Shown one piece after another: positions 25,413 to 32,000 of a stretch of DNA of 32,000 nucleotides. The stretch spans positions 1 to 32,000 of the forward strand of contig JAWDOO010000002.1 of NCBI GenBank assembly GCA_046533775.1, given 5' to 3'. Origin of the DNA: Candidatus Nanopusillus sp. Lineage in GTDB: Archaea; Nanobdellota; Nanobdellia; Nanobdellales; Nanobdellaceae. Both the position numbers and the translations under genes were made by a program. The notes beneath the pieces are model-generated. The model searched no databases. It was not told the DNA's origin and saw only the letters and a list, made by a program, of their open reading frames with translations. The number at the start of each line of letters is the position of its first letter. Within the stretch, counting starts at the first letter, position 1.

Positions 25413-25764
25413 TTAATATATTTTTAACTACTCGATAAGCCTTTTCTGCAGATTTTTTATCATATGTAAATGGTAAATATCTTGAAGAAATATATACTTG
25501 TTTTATTAAATCTAAAGTGATGTATTCCATATCCATTATTTCTTTTAATTTATTATCTTTCATTAATTCAGTAACTTTATTTAATAATAAAATAATAATA
25601 TCATGTGTTTTATCATATGTTCCAGTTAGTTCATATAATTTATATTTTAAACCTAATTGTAATGCCTGTTCTAAATGAAACATGGCTAAATTATATTTTC
25701 CTTCATTTAAATTTCTTTCTCCTTCTTTAAAGAAGTCTATTGAATTATTTTTAAGGAAATCCAT
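25393..25764 (-). CDS. HEPN domain protein (HEPN-MNT module 2)
   Basis: YNLAMFHLEQALQLGLKYKLYELTGTYDKTHDIIILL and SSRYLPFTYD parallel the module 1 HEPN motifs. The gene order is the same, with HEPN first and then MNT. Confidence 0.8.
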   Translation of the reverse strand: MDFLKNNSIDFFKEGERNLNEGKYNLAMFHLEQALQLGLKYKLYELTGTYDKTHDIIILLLNKVTELMKDNKLKEIMDMEYITLDLIKQVYISSRYLPFTYDKKSAEKAYRVVKNILNVLGIL

Positions 25765-25977
25765 AAAAATTTTTTATTTTATAAGTTTTAAAATCTTCAT
25801 TTTTTATTATACAAATTACTTATTCTTCTTTCAATTACTAGAAAATTTATTTAAGAAGCTATCTATTATTGATGGCCTTTACATTAAAATTAGTAGAAAG
25901 AAGTAATGTACGATGATTATAGTGTAGTCTTTATAAATTTAATTCTCTAAAAAATATTTTAAAAACTTTTAAAATTT

Positions 25978-25998
25978 TACTACTATAATATAGTAGTA
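25978..25998. promoter_or_regulatory. Perfect 10+1+10 bp palindrome TACTACTATA-A-TATAGTAGTA ending on the A of the ORF-A start codon (candidate operator)
   Basis: It lies between the TATA-like box (ttttaaaa, 25967-25974) and ATG 25998, over the expected transcription start of a leaderless mRNA. The core TACTAT-NN-TATAGTA recurs at 30405-30419 upstream of a paralogous gene. Confidence 0.35.
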
Positions 25999-27008
25999 TG
26001 AGTAAGTTATATGAAGAATATAAATGGTCAGAATTAGTAAATGATGAAGTAAGAAAATATAATGGTAGTATAATAAAGGGATCTCTTTTAGATGGATTCT
26101 TAGAACTTGCTAAGGAAAAGAAAGAGAGAGATCCAACAGTATATATAATAGATCGCTCTCTACTAAGAGAAATTGTAAAATGTGCTTTAACTGATGGATA
26201 TAAAATACAAGACCAACAAGCTAGATTAGAATACTGTGTTGATAAACATTATCCTGAACTACCAGCAGATATTAAAGGTATATTAAAAAGCATTTCTGAG
26301 GATGGTATACCACAAGAAAAAATTTACCTAGATAAAATACTACAAATGGATCCAAAATCTTTAGAAGACTTTATAGATCTATATACACAAAATATTGCTA
26401 CAGCATATACTTTTTCTCCCGAACCAATAAGAATAATGATAATAAAAGATGACTTATTTCCCAAATCCGACCCTTCACTTGCAACAATTATACATGAGTA
26501 TATTCATTCAACAAATAAAGACAATTATGATATTCGGCCAAAGATTGAATCTATAATAAATAAGGTAGTTGATAAGTATATAAAACCTCATGATCCTAGT
26601 TATGAAGAATACTATAATAAGAAAAAGAAAAATTCGATTTTAGATTGGATTTTAAACCTTGAAACTATAGCAGAACTAGCAACAATATATATATTGCAAG
26701 ATTCTAACTTAATAGAGCCATTTATAAATAGGAAAGAATTCTTAGAAGAAAAATTAGATCAAATTAAACAACTAAAAGAAAAAACTGGAATTTCTAAAAT
26801 TCCAAGAGAAGATAGAATCCTTGCTTATTTGATAGGATATTATATATTTGAACAAAGAGATAAAAATGATGATATAAGAGAAATATCGGGAAAGATTAAT
26901 AAGATCATAGAAGATGTCTTAAGATCATATATTGAAGGGGAACTAAAAAAAAATAATTTCAAAACGAAAATATTTATAAAAATCATTAATAGTAAACTAT
27001 CACAATAA
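25998..27008 (+). CDS. Orphan HExxH protein A (putative zincin/MA-clan or M78-like metallopeptidase fold)
   Basis: HEYIH sits at codons 166-170 (nt 26493-26507). It is preceded by TAYTFSPEPIRIMIIKDD and followed later by ILAYLIGYYIF. Both flanking motifs have counterparts in ORFs 29560..30318 and 30420..31268. Confidence 0.5.
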   Translation: MSKLYEEYKWSELVNDEVRKYNGSIIKGSLLDGFLELAKEKKERDPTVYIIDRSLLREIVKCALTDGYKIQDQQARLEYCVDKHYPELPADIKGILKSISEDGIPQEKIYLDKILQMDPKSLEDFIDLYTQNIATAYTFSPEPIRIMIIKDDLFPKSDPSLATIIHEYIHSTNKDNYDIRPKIESIINKVVDKYIKPHDPSYEEYYNKKKKNSILDWILNLETIAELATIYILQDSNLIEPFINRKEFLEEKLDQIKQLKEKTGISKIPREDRILAYLIGYYIFEQRDKNDDIREISGKINKIIEDVLRSYIEGELKKNNFKTKIFIKIINSKLSQ

Positions 27009-27223
27009 TGTTATCTAATAAAGTAAGATATCATAACAATTTAATTAAATATTATGAATACAAAAAGAATAAATAAATAAGTTTGATAGATACTATTATT
27101 ATTGATTTATATCTTTTAGTTAAATTGAATATAATCTTTTAATACGATACAACAATCACGCATTAAGATATAATATATCTATAATAAAAGCTAAAAATAT
27201 CATAAAATATTTATATAAATTGC

Positions 27224-28654
27224 CTATCCGCTCATCTTTTCTACTTTTTTCTTAAAATTAATAAGAATCCACTTATAATATGTACCTTCATGTGAAAAAT
27301 AATCGCACCAAGCTCCAATTTTTCCTATATTATCTTTAATGTGGAATAATCTATATGCAAGAATCGTCGATAAATAACTAGATTTATCAAATTTATTTGT
27401 TTCTTCAATAGCATCTAATATTTTTGTAATTAATCTTCTTTTCTTTCCATATTTTTTAACTATATGGTCTAAAAGTCTTATCAGATAATCCAAAGTTAAA
27501 CTATATTTACTTATTATGCCTTTATATATTTCTTCCAATATTTTAGAATCAGTTATAAGTTCATAAGGATCTCTTTTATTTAATTCATTTTCCAAATATT
27601 CTAAATCTTTTTCAGAATTTATCAATCTATATAATCTAAAAGAAACAAATTGAGGATAATATTTTAATATATTTGGATATTTTGTAAATAAATCTTTTCC
27701 CATTAAATTTATAACATTGTATAATCTATCATAATCTATAAAATTATACTTTTTGTTCTTTGTATGAATTATTATATATCTAACAATTCTTCCTCCTTTA
27801 TTTATTAACTGATTAAATATTTCCAATTTTATTTCTTGATTTATTTTTTCATTAAAATATATATTTTCAAAGTATTTTGTTAAAATAAATAATAGATCTT
27901 TTGCTTCTATTTTTTCAAAGTTTACATTATTTATAAGATCAATAATTGAAGGATCTCTAGTAACTTGATTTAAAAATGATTTTAAATTGTCTTCATTTTG
28001 TACTTTATAATATAAACCATTGGAAGAAAATATATTTAATAATTTTACAAATTTTTCCTTTGGAATTTTATCTTTTAATTCTATTATAATATATGGTCTT
28101 CCACTAAAACTTCCAATAACTTTTATTATAAAATCTTTTGCTATTTTAATATCTATATCTTTATCAACAATTAAGTTTAGACTATCAGATAAAGCCTCAT
28201 AAATAGTAATCTTTAATTTATATTTCTCTTTTATTAAATATTCTAATATTTCTAATAAAACATTTATTCTTTCATCGTTCAAATTCTCTATATTTTTTCC
28301 AATAGTTTTTATTATAAATGTTGTAGATATTTGAAATATTTCTTCATATTTTATTAACATACTTATCAAATCTTCTAAAATTTTTCCACCGAATCTTTCT
28401 TTAATTAAATAAATATAAGTTAAGAATTCTTTTGGAATATATAAAATAGTTTTTTCCTTAACTAACCATTGAAAATATTCAATCAACTTATCATTATTAA
28501 TTATTTCTTCAATAGATTTTTCACCCCTTAATTTTAGTAGATAATCTATATTTTCTTGAACAATTTTTTTCATTTTTTCTATATCTAAATTATCATAAAC
28601 TTCAGGATATCTGCCTTTTGTTATTTTACTTAAAAATTCTTCATAGTATTCCAT
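27224..28654 (-). CDS. Large orphan helical protein (476 aa), function unknown
   Basis: This long uninterrupted ORF is significant in a stop-rich AT genome. There is no Walker or other catalytic motif. An internal duplicated segment is visible (FIIKTIGKNI / FIIKVIGSFSG). An inverted repeat TAGTATT-CCAT-AATACTA (28644-28661) spans its start codon. Confidence 0.6.
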   Translation of the reverse strand: MEYYEEFLSKITKGRYPEVYDNLDIEKMKKIVQENIDYLLKLRGEKSIEEIINNDKLIEYFQWLVKEKTILYIPKEFLTYIYLIKERFGGKILEDLISMLIKYEEIFQISTTFIIKTIGKNIENLNDERINVLLEILEYLIKEKYKLKITIYEALSDSLNLIVDKDIDIKIAKDFIIKVIGSFSGRPYIIIELKDKIPKEKFVKLLNIFSSNGLYYKVQNEDNLKSFLNQVTRDPSIIDLINNVNFEKIEAKDLLFILTKYFENIYFNEKINQEIKLEIFNQLINKGGRIVRYIIIHTKNKKYNFIDYDRLYNVINLMGKDLFTKYPNILKYYPQFVSFRLYRLINSEKDLEYLENELNKRDPYELITDSKILEEIYKGIISKYSLTLDYLIRLLDHIVKKYGKKRRLITKILDAIEETNKFDKSSYLSTILAYRLFHIKDNIGKIGAWCDYFSHEGTYYKWILINFKKKVEKMSG

Positions 28655-28671
28655 AATACTAATATTTAATT

Positions 28672-28818
28672 TTAAATTTTAACCTTTTTAGAAAATATTA
28701 GAACAAAGAACTTGGTTTTCAAATATAATAGCACCCAAATTATTAATATTATTAAAAGATTTATTACACGATAACATACATTTATCATGATTATTAATTT
28801 TTTACGTAAATCTTTCAT
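28672..28818 (-). CDS. Possible 48-aa single-TM micro-protein upstream of the 476-aa orphan
   Basis: The untracked ORF reads MKDLRKKLIIMINVCYRVINLLIILIIWVLLYLKTKFFVLIFSKKVKI*. It ends 17 nt before the 476-aa gene start on the same strand. A stop-free run of 48 codons is uncommon in this composition, but there is no other support. Confidence 0.25.
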   Translation of the reverse strand: MKDLRKKLIIMINVCYRVINLLIILIIWVLLYLKTKFFVLIFSKKVKI

Positions 28819-28854
28819 AGAAATTTTATGAATGTATACAATTAATAAACAATT

Positions 28855-29079
28855 ATGTCTACAGTCATTAGCGTTAGGATAAAAGAAGAAATAAAAGAAG
28901 AATTAGAAAAACATGGAATAGATATTAGTCAAGAAGTAAGAAAATTTTTAGAAGAACTTTATATAAAGGTCAAGGCTAAAGAGTATGTAAATAAATGGAT
29001 TGAAGAATTAAAAGATATTAAACCTAGTGAAGAAGGTTTCTCTACAAAATCTGTGAGAGAAGACCGTGAGAGTCATTGA
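28855..29079 (+). CDS. vapB: VapB-type antitoxin (ribbon-helix-helix/CopG-like N-terminus, toxin-binding tail)
   Basis: VISVRIKEEIKEELEKHGIDISQEVRKFLEEL fits a strand-helix-helix layout. The C-terminal SVREDRESH tail is typical of archaeal VapB. It overlaps the downstream PIN reading frame by 14 nt. A palindrome TGTATACA lies in its promoter region. Confidence 0.7.
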   Translation: MSTVISVRIKEEIKEELEKHGIDISQEVRKFLEELYIKVKAKEYVNKWIEELKDIKPSEEGFSTKSVREDRESH

Positions 29080-29461
29080 TTCATCTTCCTTAGTAAAATT
29101 TTTCTCTAAAGAAGAAGGTTGGGAAAAGGTAGCTCAAATAATAGAAGAAGAGGTTATAACTTTAGATTTATCAATAAAAGAAATTGCCAATGTTTTATAG
29201 AAAAAGATTCTTATGGGAGAAATGAAAGAAGACATTGCAATTAAAATAATTTATGACCTATTAAAAAATGAAGCTATAATAATTGTAAACCAAGATGACT
29301 ACTTAATTGAAGCATTTAAAATTGCTAATAGGAATAAAATAACTATTTATGACTCTTTGTTCATTGCATTAGCTAAATCAAGGAACTTTGAGTTAGTAAC
29401 ATCTGATAAAAAACAATATGAAATTACAAAAAATGGAGGAATAAATGCTCAATTGATATAA
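29066..29461 (+). pseudogene. vapC: PIN-domain toxin VapC interrupted by one in-frame TAG (29198-29200)
   Basis: From GTG 29066 the frame reads MRVIDSSSLVKFFSKEEGWEKVAQIIEEEVITLDLSIKEIANVL*KKILMGEMKEDIA...ITIYDSLFIALAKSRNFELVTSDKKQYEITKNGGINAQLI. All PIN acidic positions are present (D5, E16/17, YD, TSD). The stop sits where PIN proteins have the conserved Trp (N.LWKK), so TGG to TAG is the likely change. The tracked ORF 29213..29461 is only the C-terminal part. Confidence 0.75.
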
Positions 29462-29559
29462 GGAAACATTAATTAAAATTATAAATTTTATTATATCTAT
29501 AAAATTTAGACATAAAATATTAAAAATTTATAAAATTTTATTTTAATTATTACTCAATA

Positions 29560-30318
29560 ATGTCAGAGGATATGTACAGTTTAAATCTTTTTATAAAAAA
29601 TAGTTTTGATGAAGCTATAAACTATCTTAGTAAAATTGGTATAAAAATTGAAGGACTAAAATTAAAAATAGTAGATTTATCAGAGTCTTTTAATTTATTA
29701 CAGGATATATATGGTAATTTATTAGAAAATATATATGGAATTGGCGGAATATATGCTTCAAAAACAAGAGAAATCAGTATTATAAAAAATGTATTAAAGG
29801 GATTTATAAATCGAGAATTAAACAATCCAAATAAAATTTTTATTGGTAATCTATTTACTATAACACACAACAGTATACTATACCCAATATATAAAAATGA
29901 TAATGATATAGAAAAAGTTATAGCAAAAGCTGTTGTTGATCCAATAGTGATTCATGAAATTGGACATGATATAATTGGTCAAGGTAATTGGAGAACTTGT
30001 ATTTTTGAATTTTTAGTATATTTCTATAAAAACGAGTTATATAAATATCCAGAGGTATATAAAATTATGGAACAAAATATAGAAATATGTAAAAGACACC
30101 TACAAGAAAAAAATCCACGACCTACTACTTTAGGAGCATGTTTTGCAAATGATTTTATATATACTTATGAAAATTTATTAAATAAAGATAAACAATCACC
30201 AAAACTAAATATAAAAGATATAATAGAAAAACTCAAATATTTCTCTGAAGATGAGTATATAGATGCAACCAAAATGATTAATACATTAACTAAAATTCTA
30301 ATGTTATTATATAAATAA
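29560..30318 (+). CDS. Orphan HExxH protein B (paralogue of A and C)
   Basis: HEIGH sits at codons 132-136 (nt 29953-29967). LKLKIVDLSES...IGGIYASKTREISIIKN parallels C (KLKILESKSLIAGEYSPSKNQIIISKK). C-terminal TLGACFANDFIYTY parallels C (DLGLCYGNIIVAKY). Confidence 0.5.
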   Translation: MSEDMYSLNLFIKNSFDEAINYLSKIGIKIEGLKLKIVDLSESFNLLQDIYGNLLENIYGIGGIYASKTREISIIKNVLKGFINRELNNPNKIFIGNLFTITHNSILYPIYKNDNDIEKVIAKAVVDPIVIHEIGHDIIGQGNWRTCIFEFLVYFYKNELYKYPEVYKIMEQNIEICKRHLQEKNPRPTTLGACFANDFIYTYENLLNKDKQSPKLNIKDIIEKLKYFSEDEYIDATKMINTLTKILMLLYK

Positions 30319-30403
30319 TATTTAGGCTAGATTAAAACTTTAAGACAATAAAACATATTTTTTAATTATTTATTTAGAATGATAAAGGTTTATAAATTTT
30401 ACG

Positions 30404-30420
30404 TTACTATTGTATAGTAA
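30404..30420. promoter_or_regulatory. Inverted repeat TTACTAT-TGT-ATAGTAA ending on the A of the ORF-C start codon (candidate operator, same core as at 25978-25998)
   Basis: It lies between the TATA box (tttataaatt, 30389-30398) and ATG 30420. 13 of 15 positions match the ORF-A element (TACTAT-NN-TATAGTA). Confidence 0.35.
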
Positions 30421-31268
30421 TGAATAATTCACTAGATAAAATTATAGAAGATGAGTTTAAAAAGTTTATTGAAAATCTACGAAAATTTCATATAATAGAA
30501 TATATAGAAAGTAACTATAAAATAAAATTTACAGAACCGAAATTAAAAATATTAGAAAGTAAATCTTTAATTGCTGGAGAGTATTCACCATCTAAAAATC
30601 AAATTATTATTTCAAAAAAATCCATTGAAAGATTGACAAATAGTCAATTAAAATTTTTAGGTTATAAAGAAATAGAAATATCTATTATTGATATACAACA
30701 TATAGAATATTTAAATATACCATATAAATCATATAAATCAACGTTCGTATATCCATTATATATAAAGAAGAGGAATATAATAGAAACTATAAAAGAATTC
30801 TTTATTCATTTGGCAATGTCTCATGAAGGTTGGCATGCTATTGATCAAATCATCTTAAATAAGTTGGCCGAGGATCCTACTATTAAAGATAGGGGCTATC
30901 TTCTTACCATTTTAAATAATCATGATAATCTTGAATTGAGAGCTTCTGTTTTTCAATTTATAGATTATTATTTAGCAAAAGGTTTTCATAAGGATGAAAG
31001 AGGATATATAGCTGCATATTTTAATATACCTACATGTATCGACTATATTAAAGAATTAGCTGAATTAGAAAAAAATAAATATAAGAGTAAACTTGTTCCT
31101 TACGATTTGGGACTTTGTTATGGAAATATTATTGTAGCTAAATATAGATCGTCATTAGAGAAAAATATATATAAAGTAATAGATGATATCATACATTTAG
31201 ATAAAGAAAAGGCTATAGATGTAATTAAAAATTATGTATATAATCCTGATAAGTTATTACATGATTGA
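30420..31268 (+). CDS. Orphan HExxH protein C (paralogue of A and B)
   Basis: HEGWH sits at codons 135-139 (nt 30822-30836). It shares the N-terminal G-x-Y-x-x-S-K-x-x-I-x-I-x-K and C-terminal G-x-C-[FY]-[AG]-N motifs with ORF B. CpG is enriched, with 8 in 849 nt. Confidence 0.5.
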   Translation: MNNSLDKIIEDEFKKFIENLRKFHIIEYIESNYKIKFTEPKLKILESKSLIAGEYSPSKNQIIISKKSIERLTNSQLKFLGYKEIEISIIDIQHIEYLNIPYKSYKSTFVYPLYIKKRNIIETIKEFFIHLAMSHEGWHAIDQIILNKLAEDPTIKDRGYLLTILNNHDNLELRASVFQFIDYYLAKGFHKDERGYIAAYFNIPTCIDYIKELAELEKNKYKSKLVPYDLGLCYGNIIVAKYRSSLEKNIYKVIDDIIHLDKEKAIDVIKNYVYNPDKLLHD

Positions 31269-31562
31269 ACATAGGCATCTGTACATATAAGTGGGTATTA
31301 TGAAGCTTCAATTTTTTATTTAATAATTAACCTTGCTTAACCTTATTAAAATTTATATCAAAAATTATTTCAAAATATGCACTTACCCCTTAAGGCCCAT
31401 GTCGCATAACCAAGATTATCCGTCATCTACATAGATGTCTACATATCTTATCTAATAAAATTTAAGATATTATATAATAAATTAGGCTAGGTTATACATT
31501 ACAAAATTTTATTGAAGTTATATTATGATCATTTATAAACGTTTCTATATAATTACTACTAA

Positions 31563-32000
31563 ATGAGTGATACTGTCTCTCAGCCTACTGAAACACATCG
31601 AAAACCTCTTTATATAATTATAGATGAAAGAACACCTGAGGATGATAAACAGAAAGTTATAATTAACCTAGAAATTTTACTTAGAAGATACGAAAGAGAG
31701 GCAGGGGTTTCAATAACAAGACAGTATTATTATAGACCATGGTGTGAAAATCCGGACCAACCTTACTGTCGTCCTCAATATTATATTGAAAATTGTAGAG
31801 ATTCTAATGGTAAAATAAATGTTGACTGCATATTTAATCTTAGTAGAAACGAACCTTGGCAACAAACAAACCCACATTATGATATATACATAATAGATAA
31901 GGACATAATTTATGATGGTAATCCATCTACTAACTTTTTATTTGGATCTACATTACCAGCAATTTTACCAAGTGGATATATATATCTTGGTTTTGCAGGT
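31563..32000 (+). CDS. Cys-containing hypothetical protein, 3' end truncated by the window edge (possible archaemetzincin-like N-terminal region)
   Basis: This is not in the ORF track because it has no stop. ATG 31563 opens 146 stop-free codons to the window end (MSDTVSQPTETHRKPLYIIIDERTPEDDKQKVIINLEILLRRYEREAGVSITRQYYYRPWCENPDQPYCRPQYYIENCRDSNGKINVDC...DIYIIDKDIIYDGNPSTNFLFGSTLPAILPSGYIYLGFAG). A TATA box atttataaac lies at -32 to -23. DKDIIYDG....NFLFGS resembles the D-I/L-Y...G.NFVFG segment of M54 archaemetzincins, but the catalytic region would lie beyond the window. Confidence 0.55.
   Translation, partial: MSDTVSQPTETHRKPLYIIIDERTPEDDKQKVIINLEILLRRYEREAGVSITRQYYYRPWCENPDQPYCRPQYYIENCRDSNGKINVDCIFNLSRNEPWQQTNPHYDIYIIDKDIIYDGNPSTNFLFGSTLPAILPSGYIYLGFAG

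Noticed and set aside
29198-29200. The possibility that TAG is recoded or read through (for example pyrrolysine-like), which would make vapC intact. A second in-frame TAG occurs in a short minus-strand ORF at 6654..6782.
   Set aside because: TAG is the terminal stop of at least three well-delimited ORFs here (2087..2422, 12772..13428, 27224..28654). No Pyl machinery is visible. A pseudogene or sequencing error is the simpler explanation.
31381-31470. A slightly GC-richer intergenic patch containing ccttaagg, a tandem tctacata x2 (31426-31433, 31438-31445) and an AT-only inverted repeat atatctta/taagatat. It was considered as a tRNA half, att site or structured RNA.
   Set aside because: No cloverleaf arm, tRNA-half signature or C/D boxes could be folded. 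The repeats are short enough to be chance, and it may simply be a regulatory or remnant sequence upstream of the last ORF.

Overview
This is a very AT-rich, tightly packed archaeal chromosome segment. Supporting marks are RNA polymerase subunit D, ribosomal protein S3Ae, archaeal-type LeuRS and ValRS, a short archaeal TIM, a C/D box sRNA, and TATA boxes about 23-32 nt upstream of start codons, which implies leaderless mRNAs. Two tRNAs, Gly-GCC and Ser-GCU, are strikingly GC-rich against this background. Gene spacing is minimal, with overlapping or abutting stops. Together this suggests a thermophilic, reduced-genome archaeon of the DPANN or Nanoarchaeota type; that assignment is inference only.

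The core genes are rpoD, valS, tpiA, a P2-type cation ATPase, a processive-type GT2, rnz, leuS, rps3ae, an RlmI-like methyltransferase, PGI/PMI, an isochorismatase-fold protein and an ABC-2 exporter pair.

The accessory content is two HEPN-MNT modules, a vapB plus nonsense-disrupted vapC pair, decayed gene remnants, and a set of CpG-enriched orphan genes. The best candidate for something undescribed is the 25.0-32.0 kb island. It holds three divergent HExxH orphan paralogues that share N- and C-terminal motifs, and two of them share a palindromic element ending at the start codon. It also holds a 476-aa orphan and a window-truncated Cys-containing ORF with an archaemetzincin-like segment.

Other notable points are a previously untracked C/D box sRNA antisense to the ATPase 3' end, a tRNA-Gly wedged 8 nt and 4 nt between two coiled-coil genes, and a Q/N/G-rich repeat protein carrying a perfect 45-bp direct repeat. 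I found no rRNA, CRISPR array, integrase or transposase.
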